From the NCBI RefSeq assembly GCF_009914755.1, contig NC_060927.1: 64,000 nt of DNA; one strand, written 5' to 3'. The position numbers and the translations under genes were made by a program. Positions 35,079 to 49,153 of this stretch are shown piece by piece. The DNA comes from the human T2T-CHM13v2.0 reference genome, Homo sapiens. The notes beneath the pieces are model-generated. The model was not told the origin of the DNA. It searched no databases and was given only the letters and a program-made list of their open reading frames with translations. The first letter of the stretch is position 1. The number at the start of each line of letters is the position of its first letter.

Positions 35079-36056
35079 TAGTCTTAGGCCTTGAGGGCCC
35101 TCTCGTAGTTTCCATATTTTTGCCCTCTTGGATGCTGGCACCAAGCAAACCTTGGCTATCCTGCTTAAAGGGTCATTTGGAGAGGGGCTCTGGAGGGCGA
35201 GGGGCCACATGGAGGAAAAGAAGGTTCCCCGGCTGACAGCCAGCACCAACTGCCAGGAACATGCGTGAGGCTGTCCTGGATGTTCCGCCCATCTGGCCCT
35301 CCAGCTGCAGGTAGCCACACAAATGAGCCCAGGTTAAGCCAGACAGGAAGTCCCCATGCAACTCACAGGGTCATGAGCAATAATGACTTATGGTGGTTTA
35401 AAGTTTCTAATTTTAGGGTGCAATAGGTAACTGAAATAGCCCACAAGGGTGTGAGCCTGTGGAGGGTGCATTTCCCACTTGAGGAAACTTCTCAATTCCC
35501 AGGATCCAATCCAGATAAGACTCTTGTTCTCAGTGTCCTTGATGGAAATGGCAATGAAATTTTTGCAGATTGGACCATCTCAGGGGAATCCCAAAGATCG
35601 GAAACTATTTTCTTTCTTAGAAACTTCCACACAGCATTGAGCCTTAGGAATTTCTAAGAAGGATCTGAAATGAAAAAAAAATCTTTTGAAAGGTATTTGT
35701 ATAGCTTCACTTCAGCAAGATTCATGGTGGGTGTTAAACTAAGTGCTGGTGTTAAGCCAAACCATGTTTTTCAAAGACTCATCTGGCCTTAAGGTTGGCA
35801 GGATCAGAGTGGCCTCCCAGGATCTAACACATCCTCAGAAGAGTTGGTTCAACAGGCATGTACCCAGATCTCTTTGAGCTAGTATAATACTCCCTTGAGT
35901 CAAAGGCTGCCACATCACATCTCCTTTAAGTCCCCCTAAGTACGACCCCAGAAGCATTGATAAAGTGTGCTATTACTGAAGATTTCAGGAGGACATAAAT
36001 GAAGAGATTAAACTGCAAGATACCAAAACTTCCATCTTTGCTAAAGACCCTCATCC

Positions 36057-36357
<301 letters not shown>

Positions 36358-36612
36358 CCTTATCCAATGGTCATGCCACTCTATCTCTCCATGTAATTTC
36401 TCCTCCTGGCTGTCTGTAGCAACAGCCTTCTGAGGAACCTCACTCTGCCTTTCAAAATCCCTTCAAATTGTACCCTTCATCAGCAAAGTATTTAGCTCAA
36501 CATGTATGCCTCTGGGGGAACTCATCCACATGCCATTTAAGGATATTTCCAGCAACATCATCTTCACTACCCCAGGACAGCATTTTAGAGTGGATTACGT
36601 GCCTGCTGGATG

Positions 36613-37172
36613 TGTTGTTCTTGAGAGAGTTAGAGAAAACGCTACAGTTTGAGATGAATTAAGAGTCTGTTTATTTAGCCGGCGGCTAAGGAACGGCTAA
36701 CGTTTAAAGTTCTCTCGGCTTCGAAGAAGGGGCTAAGATTTTCTTTTATACTTTGGTTTAGAAAGGGGAGGGGGGTCTAGTTAAAACAATTTTACATAAG
36801 TAAAGTAGGCAAAAAAGTTAAAAGGATAAATTGTTACAGGAAAGTAAACAGTTCTAGGTCTAGGGCCTTTAAGACTATTATAAGGTGATAGACACGGGAC
36901 TTTGGGCGTTATCAATAGGATGAATTCCTGGGAACTGCGGTTATTGCTCACCACAGTATCTTATCAGTTAATTGCATTCTTCGATGTGCTGGGAGTCAGC
37001 TTGCACAAGTTAAGTCCTTGAGGAAGGGGCTGCCAGTGAAAGAGCCAAGAAATGGAGTCTGTCTGGCTCTCTTAGCTAAGGGAGAGTCAATTCAGGTGGA
37101 AACAAGGCTAGGTCACTAAAAGAAAGGGAGAGTCTAAGAACACGGTTAGTAAAAACAAGGTTAGGCATTACA
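36613..37172 (-). repeat. HERV-T 3' LTR (LTR6A-like)
   Basis: TGTAATGCCTAACCTTG...ACAACA, preceded by a PPT. Confidence 0.93.
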
Positions 37173-37196
37173 TTCCTCACTTGTGTTTTTGGGGAA

Positions 37197-38281
37197 TCAA
37201 ATCATTGATTCTTCAGTTATAAAAAGGGGGTTATATTGAGTCTTAAGATACATAAGTTTGACAGAAGCTATGCGTTGTTCTACAAACTTAAGGAACTAAT
37301 TTAATATACAAGGCCCAAAAATTAGACTTATTAGTAGGATGGGGAGGGGGTCTGGCTAATTTAGTAATTAGAGTGGTTAGCTATGGGTTCTAGTTGAACA
37401 TGTTTTGATACTAGGGGATGTTATTTTCTTGTTCTTGTTGGCGCTTGTCTAGATTTTCTTGCACTTTTTGGAGTGTATCTTTTATGACTAAGAATGGTGG
37501 AGGAACTATTAAATCAACTTTGTCAGGGTGTTTCTGGAACATAGGGTTACTTAGATCAGTTAAAGGTCTGATTGGCTTGGGTGGGCTTCATGAGACTAGG
37601 GTTTTTTTGGATGGTGAACATAGACTTAACATTAAATCCTGGGATATAAAATCTTAATCTTCATGCCATGCCATGATACTATTGAGTTGAATTGAGGTCA
37701 TGGACAGTTATAATAAGAGGATTACAATTTTTTCTAGTACATAATTTAGGATGAGAAGCATGACTTATGGAAAGAGTTGAAGATCTGGTTGATCTTTTAG
37801 AGTAGGTGGCTAAAGTTACACATGTCTAATCAGGGCAGAAAAACTGATAAGCATCTTGACAGCTAGCATCAGGGTGATTTCTAGGACAGAGGTAAAAGTC
37901 AATATTTTGGAGTCTTTTTTCTGCACTTTTGGAGCTTCTTCATTTAGTTTGGCTCTTGGAATGTCTGAATCTTGCTGCAAGGTCGACACTTCCTGCCCCT
38001 GGGACTGGAAGATTGTGTTGCTTTTCGTGGGTATGGGCTGGCTTTGGGAAAAGTACAAATAAATCAACTGCGAAGGAGACTTCCTTGGAGGTACTGGCCT
38101 TCTAAGTGGTGTTTGCAAATACACGTCCTGTTGTGAAAGAGGTGAGGAGAAAGGAGTAGGAAGGCACAGAGGACATAAAGCGCAAAAACAAATAAGTGAG
38201 GTAGATAAAAAGAATTAATCTAATGGCTTCACCTGACTTAGGTGCAGTTTTAAGGGGTCTGACTTAGGCCTGGAGACTTAT
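37197..38281 (-). pseudogene. HERV-T env remnant
   Basis: VRPLKTAPKSGEAIRLILFIYL..SYSFLLTSFTTGRVFANTT*..; TM part ENNIP*YQNMFN*NP*LTTLIT; ATG changed to ATA. Confidence 0.9.
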
Positions 38282-40108
38282 GTTTTTAGCTGGGCTCTGT
38301 TGGCTTTTTTGATGCGGGGGTGATGAATCTAAGCAGGAATGCCGTCTACTTTCAGAGCAGTTGGAGTCGTGAGGATGACGGTGTGAGGTCTTTTCTAAGC
38401 AGGAGTGAGTCTTTCTTTTTGGAACTTTTTAACAAACACTAGGTCTCCTGGCTGGAATGAATGGCAGGAGTGCACCTTACTTTAAGTAGGGCTAAAGGAA
38501 GGAGACTTACTTAATTTACACTGGTTTTTAAGATTTTGTAAGAGTGTTTTTTAGGGTGTGGTTCACGCGTTCTACTTGCCTGGAGCTCTGGGGTTGATAG
38601 GCACAATGGAGCTTCTATTGAATGTTTAACGCCTTACTGACTGACTGAGCTATAGGCGAGGTGAAGGCTGGTCTATTATCAGACTTTATGGCAGCAGGCA
38701 ACCTATATTGAGGGATGATTTCATTGCATAAAAACTTAACTACTGTGTTGGTGGTTTCGTTTTCGGTAGCAAATGCCTTAGTCTATCTGGAGAAGGTGTC
38801 TACTCGTACTAGAAGGTATTTGTACTTAGCCTGGTGTGGTTTTACTTCTGTAAAGTCAATTTCTTACTTTTTTCTTGGCGAGTTTTTTCAGAGACAGTGG
38901 CCAGGGCTGGGTTTAGGACTCTGTTTGGCATTTACATGAGCGCAGGTTGTGCACTGGAGAGCTGCTTAATCTGTTAGGCTTTGAAGACGGGGGATCTTAA
39001 AATGGCTCCGGAGGAGCTGAGGTAGCTTTGCTCTTTTTAAGTGGGTGGTAGACTGTAGGTGACTGATTAAAGTTTCTTTAATAGTTCAGGATATGAAGAG
39101 TCTAGAGTCAGGAAGAATCTACTAACTTTCCTGATTTTTATTGGCTCTGAGATCTGAAGCCAGTTTTTTGTTGTTGTTGAGTATATGGGATTGTCAGGCA
39201 GATCTGGCTGTGGAAAGGAGACTGTGGGCAGCAAGTTTAGAGGCGTGACTGAAAGTGGCGCTGTGACCTTAGCTGCTGAATCAGCTTTCTGGTTACTATG
39301 GGCAACAGCCTTGTTTTCTTTTTGATGTCCTTTGCAGTGGATCACAGCTACCTGCTGAGGTGAGTAGCCTGCTTTCCTGGTAGATGGCTTTATGTACATG
39401 CACAGTAGCAAAGGCGTACTTGCTGCCAGTGTAAATGTTAATACGTTTATTCTTAGTTTATCGGAGAGCCTGAGTGAGGGCGATCAATTCAGCCTTTTGT
39501 GCTGAGGTGTTCGCTGGTAAAGCTTGAGCTTACAACACGTCTGTCTTCATGGTAACAGCTGCACTGGCTTTTCCTACTTCCTGCTTGAGGAAGCGGCTAC
39601 TGTCTGTGAACACGGCGGCATCTGCCTTTTCCAGGGGCACATCTTGAAGATCAGATCGGCCAGTTTCGATAGTTTCTAACAGTTCTTGACAGTCATGAGC
39701 AGGAATAGTGCACTCTGAGTCAGGAAGTAGTGTAGCTGGATTGAAACACTTTGTGGGATAGAAAGTCAAACGAGGCTGATCTAACAGTAAACTTCGATAC
39801 TGCAAGATGCGAGCATTTGACATCTATTTGCCAGAAGCACTTCGTAGTAAGGTCTTTACAGCACGAGGAGCTGTAAGGGTTAAATTTTGGCTTAGAGTAA
39901 ACTTATCTTCTTGGGCTAGGCTTGCTGTAGCCTCTACAGCTCACAGACAACTTGGCCATCTAGAGGCCACAGGATGTAGCCTCTTAGATAAATAGGCCAC
40001 TGGGTGTCTTTAGGGTCTTAAAGCCTGAGTAAGCACCTCTTTAGCAACTCCTTGGCTTTTATGGAGATATTAGGGAGGGCTAAAGCAGGGGCTTCAGTTA
40101 ATGCTAAA
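38214..40108 (-). pseudogene. HERV-T pol remnant (tether, RNase H, IN)
   Basis: LALTEAPALALP; VAVIHCKGHQK; EIDFTEV; VDTFS; KLHCAYQPQSS; protease and RT core absent. Confidence 0.9.
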
Positions 40109-41470
40109 TTAATGGGCTATTTTATTCTGCACTTCTTGGATAGCCGCCACTAAGATTTTTGTTTGTCTTTTGAATGCTTTATCAGCGGCCTTTTCAGCTG
40201 CCTGTGTTGCTTGTTTTTGTTTTTTAGCCTTTTGATGGTCAAAAGCTTTTTGGGCTATTTGTAAAAGCTGACTGATATTTATTCTAGCAAATCTTTCTAG
40301 TTTTTGGAGTTTCTTTTTAATATCCGGGGCTGCCTGAGCCACAAATGCTAAATTAAAAGCACGGCTATTTTCCGGAGCTGCCGGGTCAAAAGGGGTGTAA
40401 ATCCAATAAGCCTCCTGGAGACGCTCTAAAAACTTTCTTGGTGACTTATCGGGCCTTTGGACAACTTCAGTGATCTTAGACAAGTTTATGGGTTTCTGAG
40501 CGGCTCTTTTAATACTTGCGAGGAGATAGCGGTGAAAATCGCCTAAAGCTCTCCTTCTACTTGAGGAATTTGGGTCCCAGTTAGGCCAGGTAGAGGGAAA
40601 GACCTCTTCAAGGAGGTCTCTAGTGTCTTCTTCCGGTCTATTGGCTGATGTGAGGAATTATTTTTGGCTTCTTTTCGGATACGTTCGTTTTTTTCAGAGG
40701 TGAAAAGGGTTAAAAGGAGCTGTTGGCAATCATCTTAGGTGGTCAGGTGAGTCCAGAGTACGGACTCTATTAGAGAGGTCAAAGCCTGGGGCTTCTCAGA
40801 GAAGGGAGGATTATGGGTTTTCTAATTATATAAGTCAGAAGTAGAAAAAGGGACATAAACTAAGAAGGGGGCTGAGCGCTCATTACCTGGAGGGACTTGT
40901 GCCTCTCTCAGTGGTAGTAGAGGGGCTACTTCTTCCTGCCACGGTCGCGATTGAGAGGCAATGGGTGGCGAGCCTACAGGGGACGTCGTCGAGGAGACAT
41001 GGGATAACTTTAAGGGAGCAGGCTGGTTGTAAGGCGGTGGGACTGGGTGAGGGAGACTCTCCTCTTCTTCAGAGGGAGGCAGTACAGGGGAAGCCGAACC
41101 GGCTGAGGGTCGAGGTGAAAACGCGGTCTGGCTTAGGAGGACCTTGGAGGTAGAATTCTGAATGGCGCATGAGCGGAGCTATGGAGGGGCTCCTGACTAA
41201 ACTTAGCTATTGATCAAGGTAGGGAAACTGATCAGGGTGGCTAGGAGTTTCAGTAAGAACCTGCCACACAGTTTGAACAATTGTGAGGTTCAACGACCCT
41301 TCAGGGGGCCACTTGACTTTAAACTTTGGCCATTTTATTTTGCACAGTGTCTGGAGTTTGCCTTTTTTAAGGCGGACTTTATAATCCTCTGAGAAACTGA
41401 GAGGAAAATTCTGCAGCACACATTGGAGAGGGCTTTAACTTTTACAAGGCTGGGAGGAAGTGTTTCTTAT
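40109..41470 (-). pseudogene. HERV-T gag remnant (MA to CA)
   Basis: WPPEGSLN, HPDQFPY, FLERLQEAY, AFVAQAAPDI; start ATGGGA changed to ATAAGA. Confidence 0.9.
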
Positions 41471-42799
41471 TTTTTTTTGAAGGCAATTTAATAAGATTTG
41501 AGCATAAATATTAAACTTAGCATGGACAGAGAAACTTATTTCTTAGGGGACTGGAGTATTGAAAGAACAGAATCAACATGACTAGAAAGAGCAGAAAAAC
41601 TACAACAGCTAATGCTACTTGCTACATTACTGTAGCTTTAAGATTGAGGGAGGAGGACTAGAGCCAGCCTGAGATCTTCTGGGTCAGTTTGATCTAGGCG
41701 TTCTTCTTCTTCTAGATCTGTACTTTAAATACTTTTGGTGTCTTTATGACTTAAAGGCAAATAGCTTAAACTTAGCTTTTTCTTTTAAGGGTTTAAGGAG
41801 TGAGAGCAGAGTCAAGTCATGGAGATGCTGAACTTGCTGTCACACCAGAAAATGAGACGTGCAGGGTAGAGGGCAGGGACGATGCAAAAAGGACTACTCA
41901 GATCATTTTTAAGATGGGAGAGTAGCCACAGAGGAACAGAGTAAGAATCTCAACGAAGTAAAGTAGTACGGGCATACGTTCTACTTCAGGGCACAGGAAA
42001 AGTTACAGAATGACAAAAGAAGTGAGCAAGGAAATCTGCATGGTGGCTGTTTTGAATTTACTACTGGTTTAGTTTAGAGGAGGTCTAATCACTTGGACGT
42101 GGGGTATGACAATCCAAATACTTACAACTTTCATGGTGCTAGAAATCTTAATCAGGCAAATGTTTTTCACACTTGTTCTTGTAACAACACTTGACTTGCT
42201 TCTGGCAGAAAAGACAGGACTGTGGTGGCCAGCCTAAATGATTGATAAGAAATTTAACCTCCTGTGACAAAAAATCAGCACTAAGGACTTTGAAGAAGTT
42301 TTTACTTAGATGTCTTGGGCAATATCAACGTCTTGACATGCAAAACTTTGACAACTACTAAACAAGAAAATAGACACTGAACAGAACAATCAACATAAAC
42401 AATTGACTTTAGGGCATGTAAACAGTTATGACAGTTTCTTCCTTTTTTTTTTTTTTTTAGACAGACAAGGGGAGGGGGTCCTGTGATGAGATCAGTCAGA
42501 TGCCTGCCTGGCCGCTCCCCCTGAGGGAACTTGGGCTCCTCTTAGCATTGGCAGGCCGGTATAAACTTCCGGCTCAGATCGAGATATGCCTGATGCTGCC
42601 TTAAGCCTTATGAGGTCGCCACGGAACCGCAGGTGAGGGCCCACTTGAACTCCGTAGCTTTCACCGTGGAGCTATAAACTGGAGGACAAGCGCAAGCCCT
42701 TGTCCTCCCTCATTCATTCATTATTCACACAGAGTTTATAACAGTTTTTTTTTTCTTTCTTTCTTGGAGATTCTTCAAGAAACTTGAACAAGAGAAAGA

Positions 42800-42807
42800 T
42801 GAGAGAT

Positions 42808-42843
<36 letters not shown>
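42800..42843. repeat. (GA)n tract in the HERV-T leader
   Basis: Seen directly. Confidence 0.9.
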
Positions 42844-42846
<3 letters not shown>

Positions 42847-43271
42847 CCGGTCTGCCAGAAACCAGGACTCAGTCCTCCAGCATCCTGGGATGTGGACTGA
42901 GTCAAGGGAGGGCCCCTGTCAGGGCCACTTCCCTCCTAGACAGAGACACAGACGTGCCTAACAGAAAACCAGGGCTCTACCTTCTAGCATCCTAGGGAAA
43001 TGGGCAGAGTCAAAAGAGGGACGTCGTCATCAGGGCCGCTTCCCTCTTACTAGAACTGAAGTCAAATCTGACCTACCTGACCTCGGGGTCACAAGTTGAG
43101 GACTCAGAGGTGGAATTTTTGTGGGCACCCACACGGTAGTCGATCTGCTCTCCTCCGGAAGACGGTCACCTTTCGGGGACCTGAAAATTTTTTTTCAGGT
43201 GGCGCCCCCATTACAAGCCGGCCGTCCTTCCGGGGGGGCCCGGAGCAAGCCCGGCTCTCGCCTGGTGGCGT

Positions 43272-43289
43272 TTCTCACTAGGGCCTCCA
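43272..43289 (-). other. Primer-binding site, tRNA-Thr
   Basis: TGGAGGCCCTAGTGAGAA vs recalled tRNA-Thr(TGT) complement TGGAGGCCCCAGCGAGA. Confidence 0.85.
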
Positions 43290-43291
43290 AA

Positions 43292-43843
43292 TGTTGTACT
43301 TGAGCGAGTTAGAGAAAATGCCACAATTTGAGACGAATTATGAGTCTTTATTTAGCCGGTGGCCAAGATACGGCTAATGCTTAAAGTTCTCTCAGCCCCG
43401 AAGAAGGGGCTAGATTTTCTTTTATACTTTAGTTTAGAAAGGGGAAAGGGGTCTAGTTAAAACAATTTTACAGAAGTAGGCAAAGAAGTTAAAAGGATAA
43501 ATTGTTACAGGAAAGTAAACAGTTCTAGGTCTAAGGGCTTTAAGACTATTACAAAGTGATAGACACGGGGCTTTAGGCATTATCAATCAGACGAATTCCT
43601 AGGAACTGTGGATATTGCTCGCCCCACAGTATCTTATCAGTTAATTGCATTCTTAGATGTGCTAAGAGTCAGCTTGCACAAGTTAAGTCCTTGAGGAAGG
43701 GGCTGCCAGTGAAAAAGCCAAGATAAAGTCTGTCTAGCTCTCTTAGCTAAAAGAAAGTCAATTCAGGTAGAAACAAGGCTAAGTGATTAAAAGAAAAGGA
43801 ACGTCTACGAACAAAGTTAATAAAAACAAGGTTAGGCTTTACA
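43292..43843 (-). repeat. HERV-T 5' LTR (LTR6A-like)
   Basis: Direct repeat of 36613-37172, adjacent to the PBS. Confidence 0.93.
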
Positions 43844-44151
43844 GATGGGGTCATCCTTATATTCAGCACAGTGTTTGTTCTGAAACTTCAATGGAGTGTT
43901 CCTAGTTTGATAACTTGGGCCATGCCAAATAAATTGAATTTCTCTTTCTTAACAACAGATGTTTGAATACAGCCCCGTGTCCCTCTCTGCTCCTTCCTGC
44001 CTTCCTCCTCTCCTCTTCCTTCCCTTCCTTTTCAAGAGCAGGCTTTGTAAAATTTCTTGAAAGCATCAGATAGTAAATATTTTAGAATTCATGGGCCATA
44101 CAGTCTCTTGTAGTAGTTACTCAACTCTGCCACCCATAGCATGAAAGCAGC

Positions 44152-44547
44152 TGATATAGGGTGAATATGTCTCCCCGCCGAAATCTCATGTTGCAATGTA
44201 ATCCCCAGTGTTAGAGGTGGGGCCTGGTGGGGACAGATTGGATCATGGGGGTGGATTTCTCATGAATGATTTAGCATCATCCCTTTCGTCCTGTCCTTGC
44301 AATAGTGAGTGAGATCTTGCAAGATCTGGTTGTTTACGAGTGCGTAGCACCTCCCTCCTCACTCTCTTGTTCCCACTTCACCTTCTGCCATGATTGTAAG
44401 TTTCCTGAGGCCTCCACAGAAGCTCAGCAGATGTCAGTGTCATGCTCCCTGTACAGCCTACAAAACTGTGAGCAAATTAAGCCTCTTTTCTTTGTACATT
44501 ACCCAGTCTCAGGTATTTCCTTATAGCATGAGAGAACAGCCTAATCC
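44152..44547 (+). mobile_element. MST (MaLR) LTR nested in a MER58-like DNA transposon (about 44038-44665)
   Basis: AAATCTCATGTTGCAATGTAATCCCCAGTGTT..TACCCAGTCTCAGGTATTTC; MER58 motif CAATAAAACTTTATT. Confidence 0.75.
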
Positions 44548-44636
44548 AGCAGCCATAGACAATATGTAGCAAATGGGCATGGCTGTGTTTCAATAAAACT
44601 TTATTGACAAAAACTTGTGCAGCAGGTCAGATTTGA

Positions 44637-45175
<539 letters not shown>

Positions 45176-46019
45176 TGACCATGGCTTATTTGGTTTGACT
45201 TTCATTTTCTTCCCCATTGTGGTAGCCATTTTCTGAATGCCTGTTAGTTTGTCCATCTCTCTCCTCTGTAGTCCCTAGAGTCAGATGAACTCCTCTGCAG
45301 GTGCAATGGTGTAACACTCTCTAGTGCTGAATTTTGAGCAGGAGAAAGAGAGCAAGAGTGACAAGCACTCTTGGAAACTCTGGCCTCCTGAGAATTTGGT
45401 GTCTTCTCTGCAAAGGCTGCAAACCTGTTACCCCACAGGCCAGAGAGAGAGAGAAGCCAAAAGCATGATCTGTTAAGCTTGAGTTTAATATTTGATGCAC
45501 AGAGATCACTGTGTTTTTTGATGAGAATTAGAGGGGGAGACACGGCCACAGAGAACAATTTCTATCCCCACGTGATGACTTAGGAGATAATTCTGTGAAC
45601 AGAACTTCCTGAGAACTGAGATGGGGGAAAATCGCTAGTGTTAGAAGGGTGAAAACGTCACTAATTAAGGCTATGACTATGTCTGAGAGGCGAAAGAAGA
45701 AAATGAGACTGCCAGGCATGAAAAATGAGAAATCTTTGATGGAATTAGCCATGCAGAGCAAATCTAAATGCATCCTCATTCCCCTCATAGTCAAAAGTTT
45801 TTGCTTAAGCTGGATGGGAAAAAGAGAATCCCATTTCACTAAGTATAAAAGAGGGGATTTTAGAGAAGGTCTCAGAAGAAAGAGATGTGGGGGTTTGGTG
45901 AAACTCACCAGAGGCTGAACCCTCTCCAGCATAACACAGGGATTGGGAGGAGTGGGGTAGCATTAGGCCAGGTGCATGGCCCAGTGCTGCTCTCTCTGGA
46001 CTTTCTGCTCTCTCTGGAC

Positions 46020-47220
<1,201 letters not shown>

Positions 47221-47221
47221 T

Positions 47222-48285
47222 TGTTGTGGGAAGTCAGGGACCCCAAATGGAGGGACTGGCTGGAGCTGCAGCAGAGGAACATAAATTGTGAAGATTTCAT
47301 GGACATTTATCAGTTCCCAAATAATACTTTTATAATTTCTTATGCCTGTCTTTAATCTCTTAATCCTGTTATATTCATAAGCTAAGGATGTACATCACCT
47401 CAGGACCACTGTGATAATTGTGTTAACTGTACCAATTGATTTTAAAACATGTGTGTTTCAACAATATGAAATCAGTGCACCTTGAAAAAGAAGAGAATAA
47501 CAGCGATTTTTAGGGAACAAGGGAAGATAACCATAAGGTCTGACTGCCTGCAGGGTCGGGCAAAAAGAACCATATGTTTCTTCTTGCAGACAGTCTATAA
47601 ACGGATGTGCAAGTAGGAGAGATATCACTAAATTCTTTTCCTAGCAAGGAATATTAATACCCTGGGAAAGGAATGCACTCCTGGGGGGAGGTCTATAAAT
47701 GGCCGCTTTGGGAATGTCTGTCTTATGCGGTTGAGATAAGGACTGAGATAGGCCCTGGTCTCATGCAGTACCCAAAGGCTTACTAGGGTGGAGAAAAACT
47801 CCGCCCTGGTAAATCTGTGGTCAGACTGGTTCTCTTGTTTTCTGTTGTTTAAGATGTTTATCAAGACAATACATGCGCCAATGAACATAGACCCTTATCA
47901 GTGGTTCTGCTTTTGACCTTTGCTTTGTGATCATTGCTGGACCCTTATCAGTAGTTCTGCTTTTACCCTTTGCCCTGTTCCCTCAGAAGCATGTGATCTT
48001 TGTTAGACCCTTAGTAGTAATTCTGCTCTTTGCCCTTTGAAGCATGTGATCTTTGTACCTACTTCCTGTTCTTACACCCCCTCCCCTTTTGAAACCCTTA
48101 ATTAAGAACTTGCTGGTCTGAGACTCAGGGGGCATCATGGCCCTACTGATAGGTAATGTCACCTCCAGTGGCCCAGCTGTGAAATTCCTCTCTTTGTAGT
48201 GTCTCTCTTTATTTCTCAGCTGGCTGACACTTATGGAAAACAGAAAGAACCTATGTTGAAATATTGGGGGCAGGTTCCACCAATA
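47222..48285 (+). mobile_element. MER11C-like solo LTR (HERV-K HML-8)
   Basis: TGTTGTGGGAAGTCAGGGACCCC..AACATAAATTGTGAAGATTTCATGGACA...GAAATATTGGGGGCAGGTTCCACCAATA; TSD-like TTTCT / CTTCT. Confidence 0.9.
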
Positions 48286-48854
48286 CTTCTTTCATGGATT
48301 TACTTAATTTTTGTTTATCTCCCTCTGTATCCTAGAAACTCCTGGAGAGCAGAGCCATGCCTGCCATTTCCATCATTGCATTACCACCACCCAGCACAGT
48401 GCCTGGCACAAAAGAGTTGCTCAATAAATAAATCAGGATGAATGGATAAATACACGGATAGGCACTTTGAACTACAGATGAGCTTAAATACTTTGTGTTT
48501 TTCTTAGTCAAACATGTGCAATTAAGCATGTGATAAATTATATGATGACCACACCTGTGTCTTGCCTGATGATCTTTGCAATCACTAAACAAAGTCAATT
48601 TTGCCTGTTTTGACAGTTCTGTTTTCAACCTAATCTGGTTCTTTTAACTTCTGGCTGTTGGCTTTGTTTGCGTTGTTAGCCTGACAAAGTGGCAGATATT
48701 GGTATAAGCTCTTTTGTTTAAATGCCACGAACTTTAAAAATGCCTTTGCTTTTGGTAAGAAACCCTAGTTAGGACAGTCTAGTGGTCAGGATGATTTGGG
48801 TTCTGGTGCAGTAACAACAATCCCCAAATCTCAGTGGCTCCATGCAGTGAGGTA

Positions 48855-49153
<299 letters not shown>

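Larger units (their letters stand above)
36613..43843 (-). mobile_element. HERV-T (HERVS71) provirus, internally deleted and hypermutated
   Basis: Two LTR6A-like LTRs; tRNA-Thr PBS; gag, RNase H, IN and env remnants; exact 4-bp TSD GATG (36609-36612, 43844-43847). Confidence 0.95.

Noticed and set aside
45987-46019. 18-bp-period duplication of CTGCTCTCTCTGGAC
   Set aside because: Ordinary slippage with no further structure.
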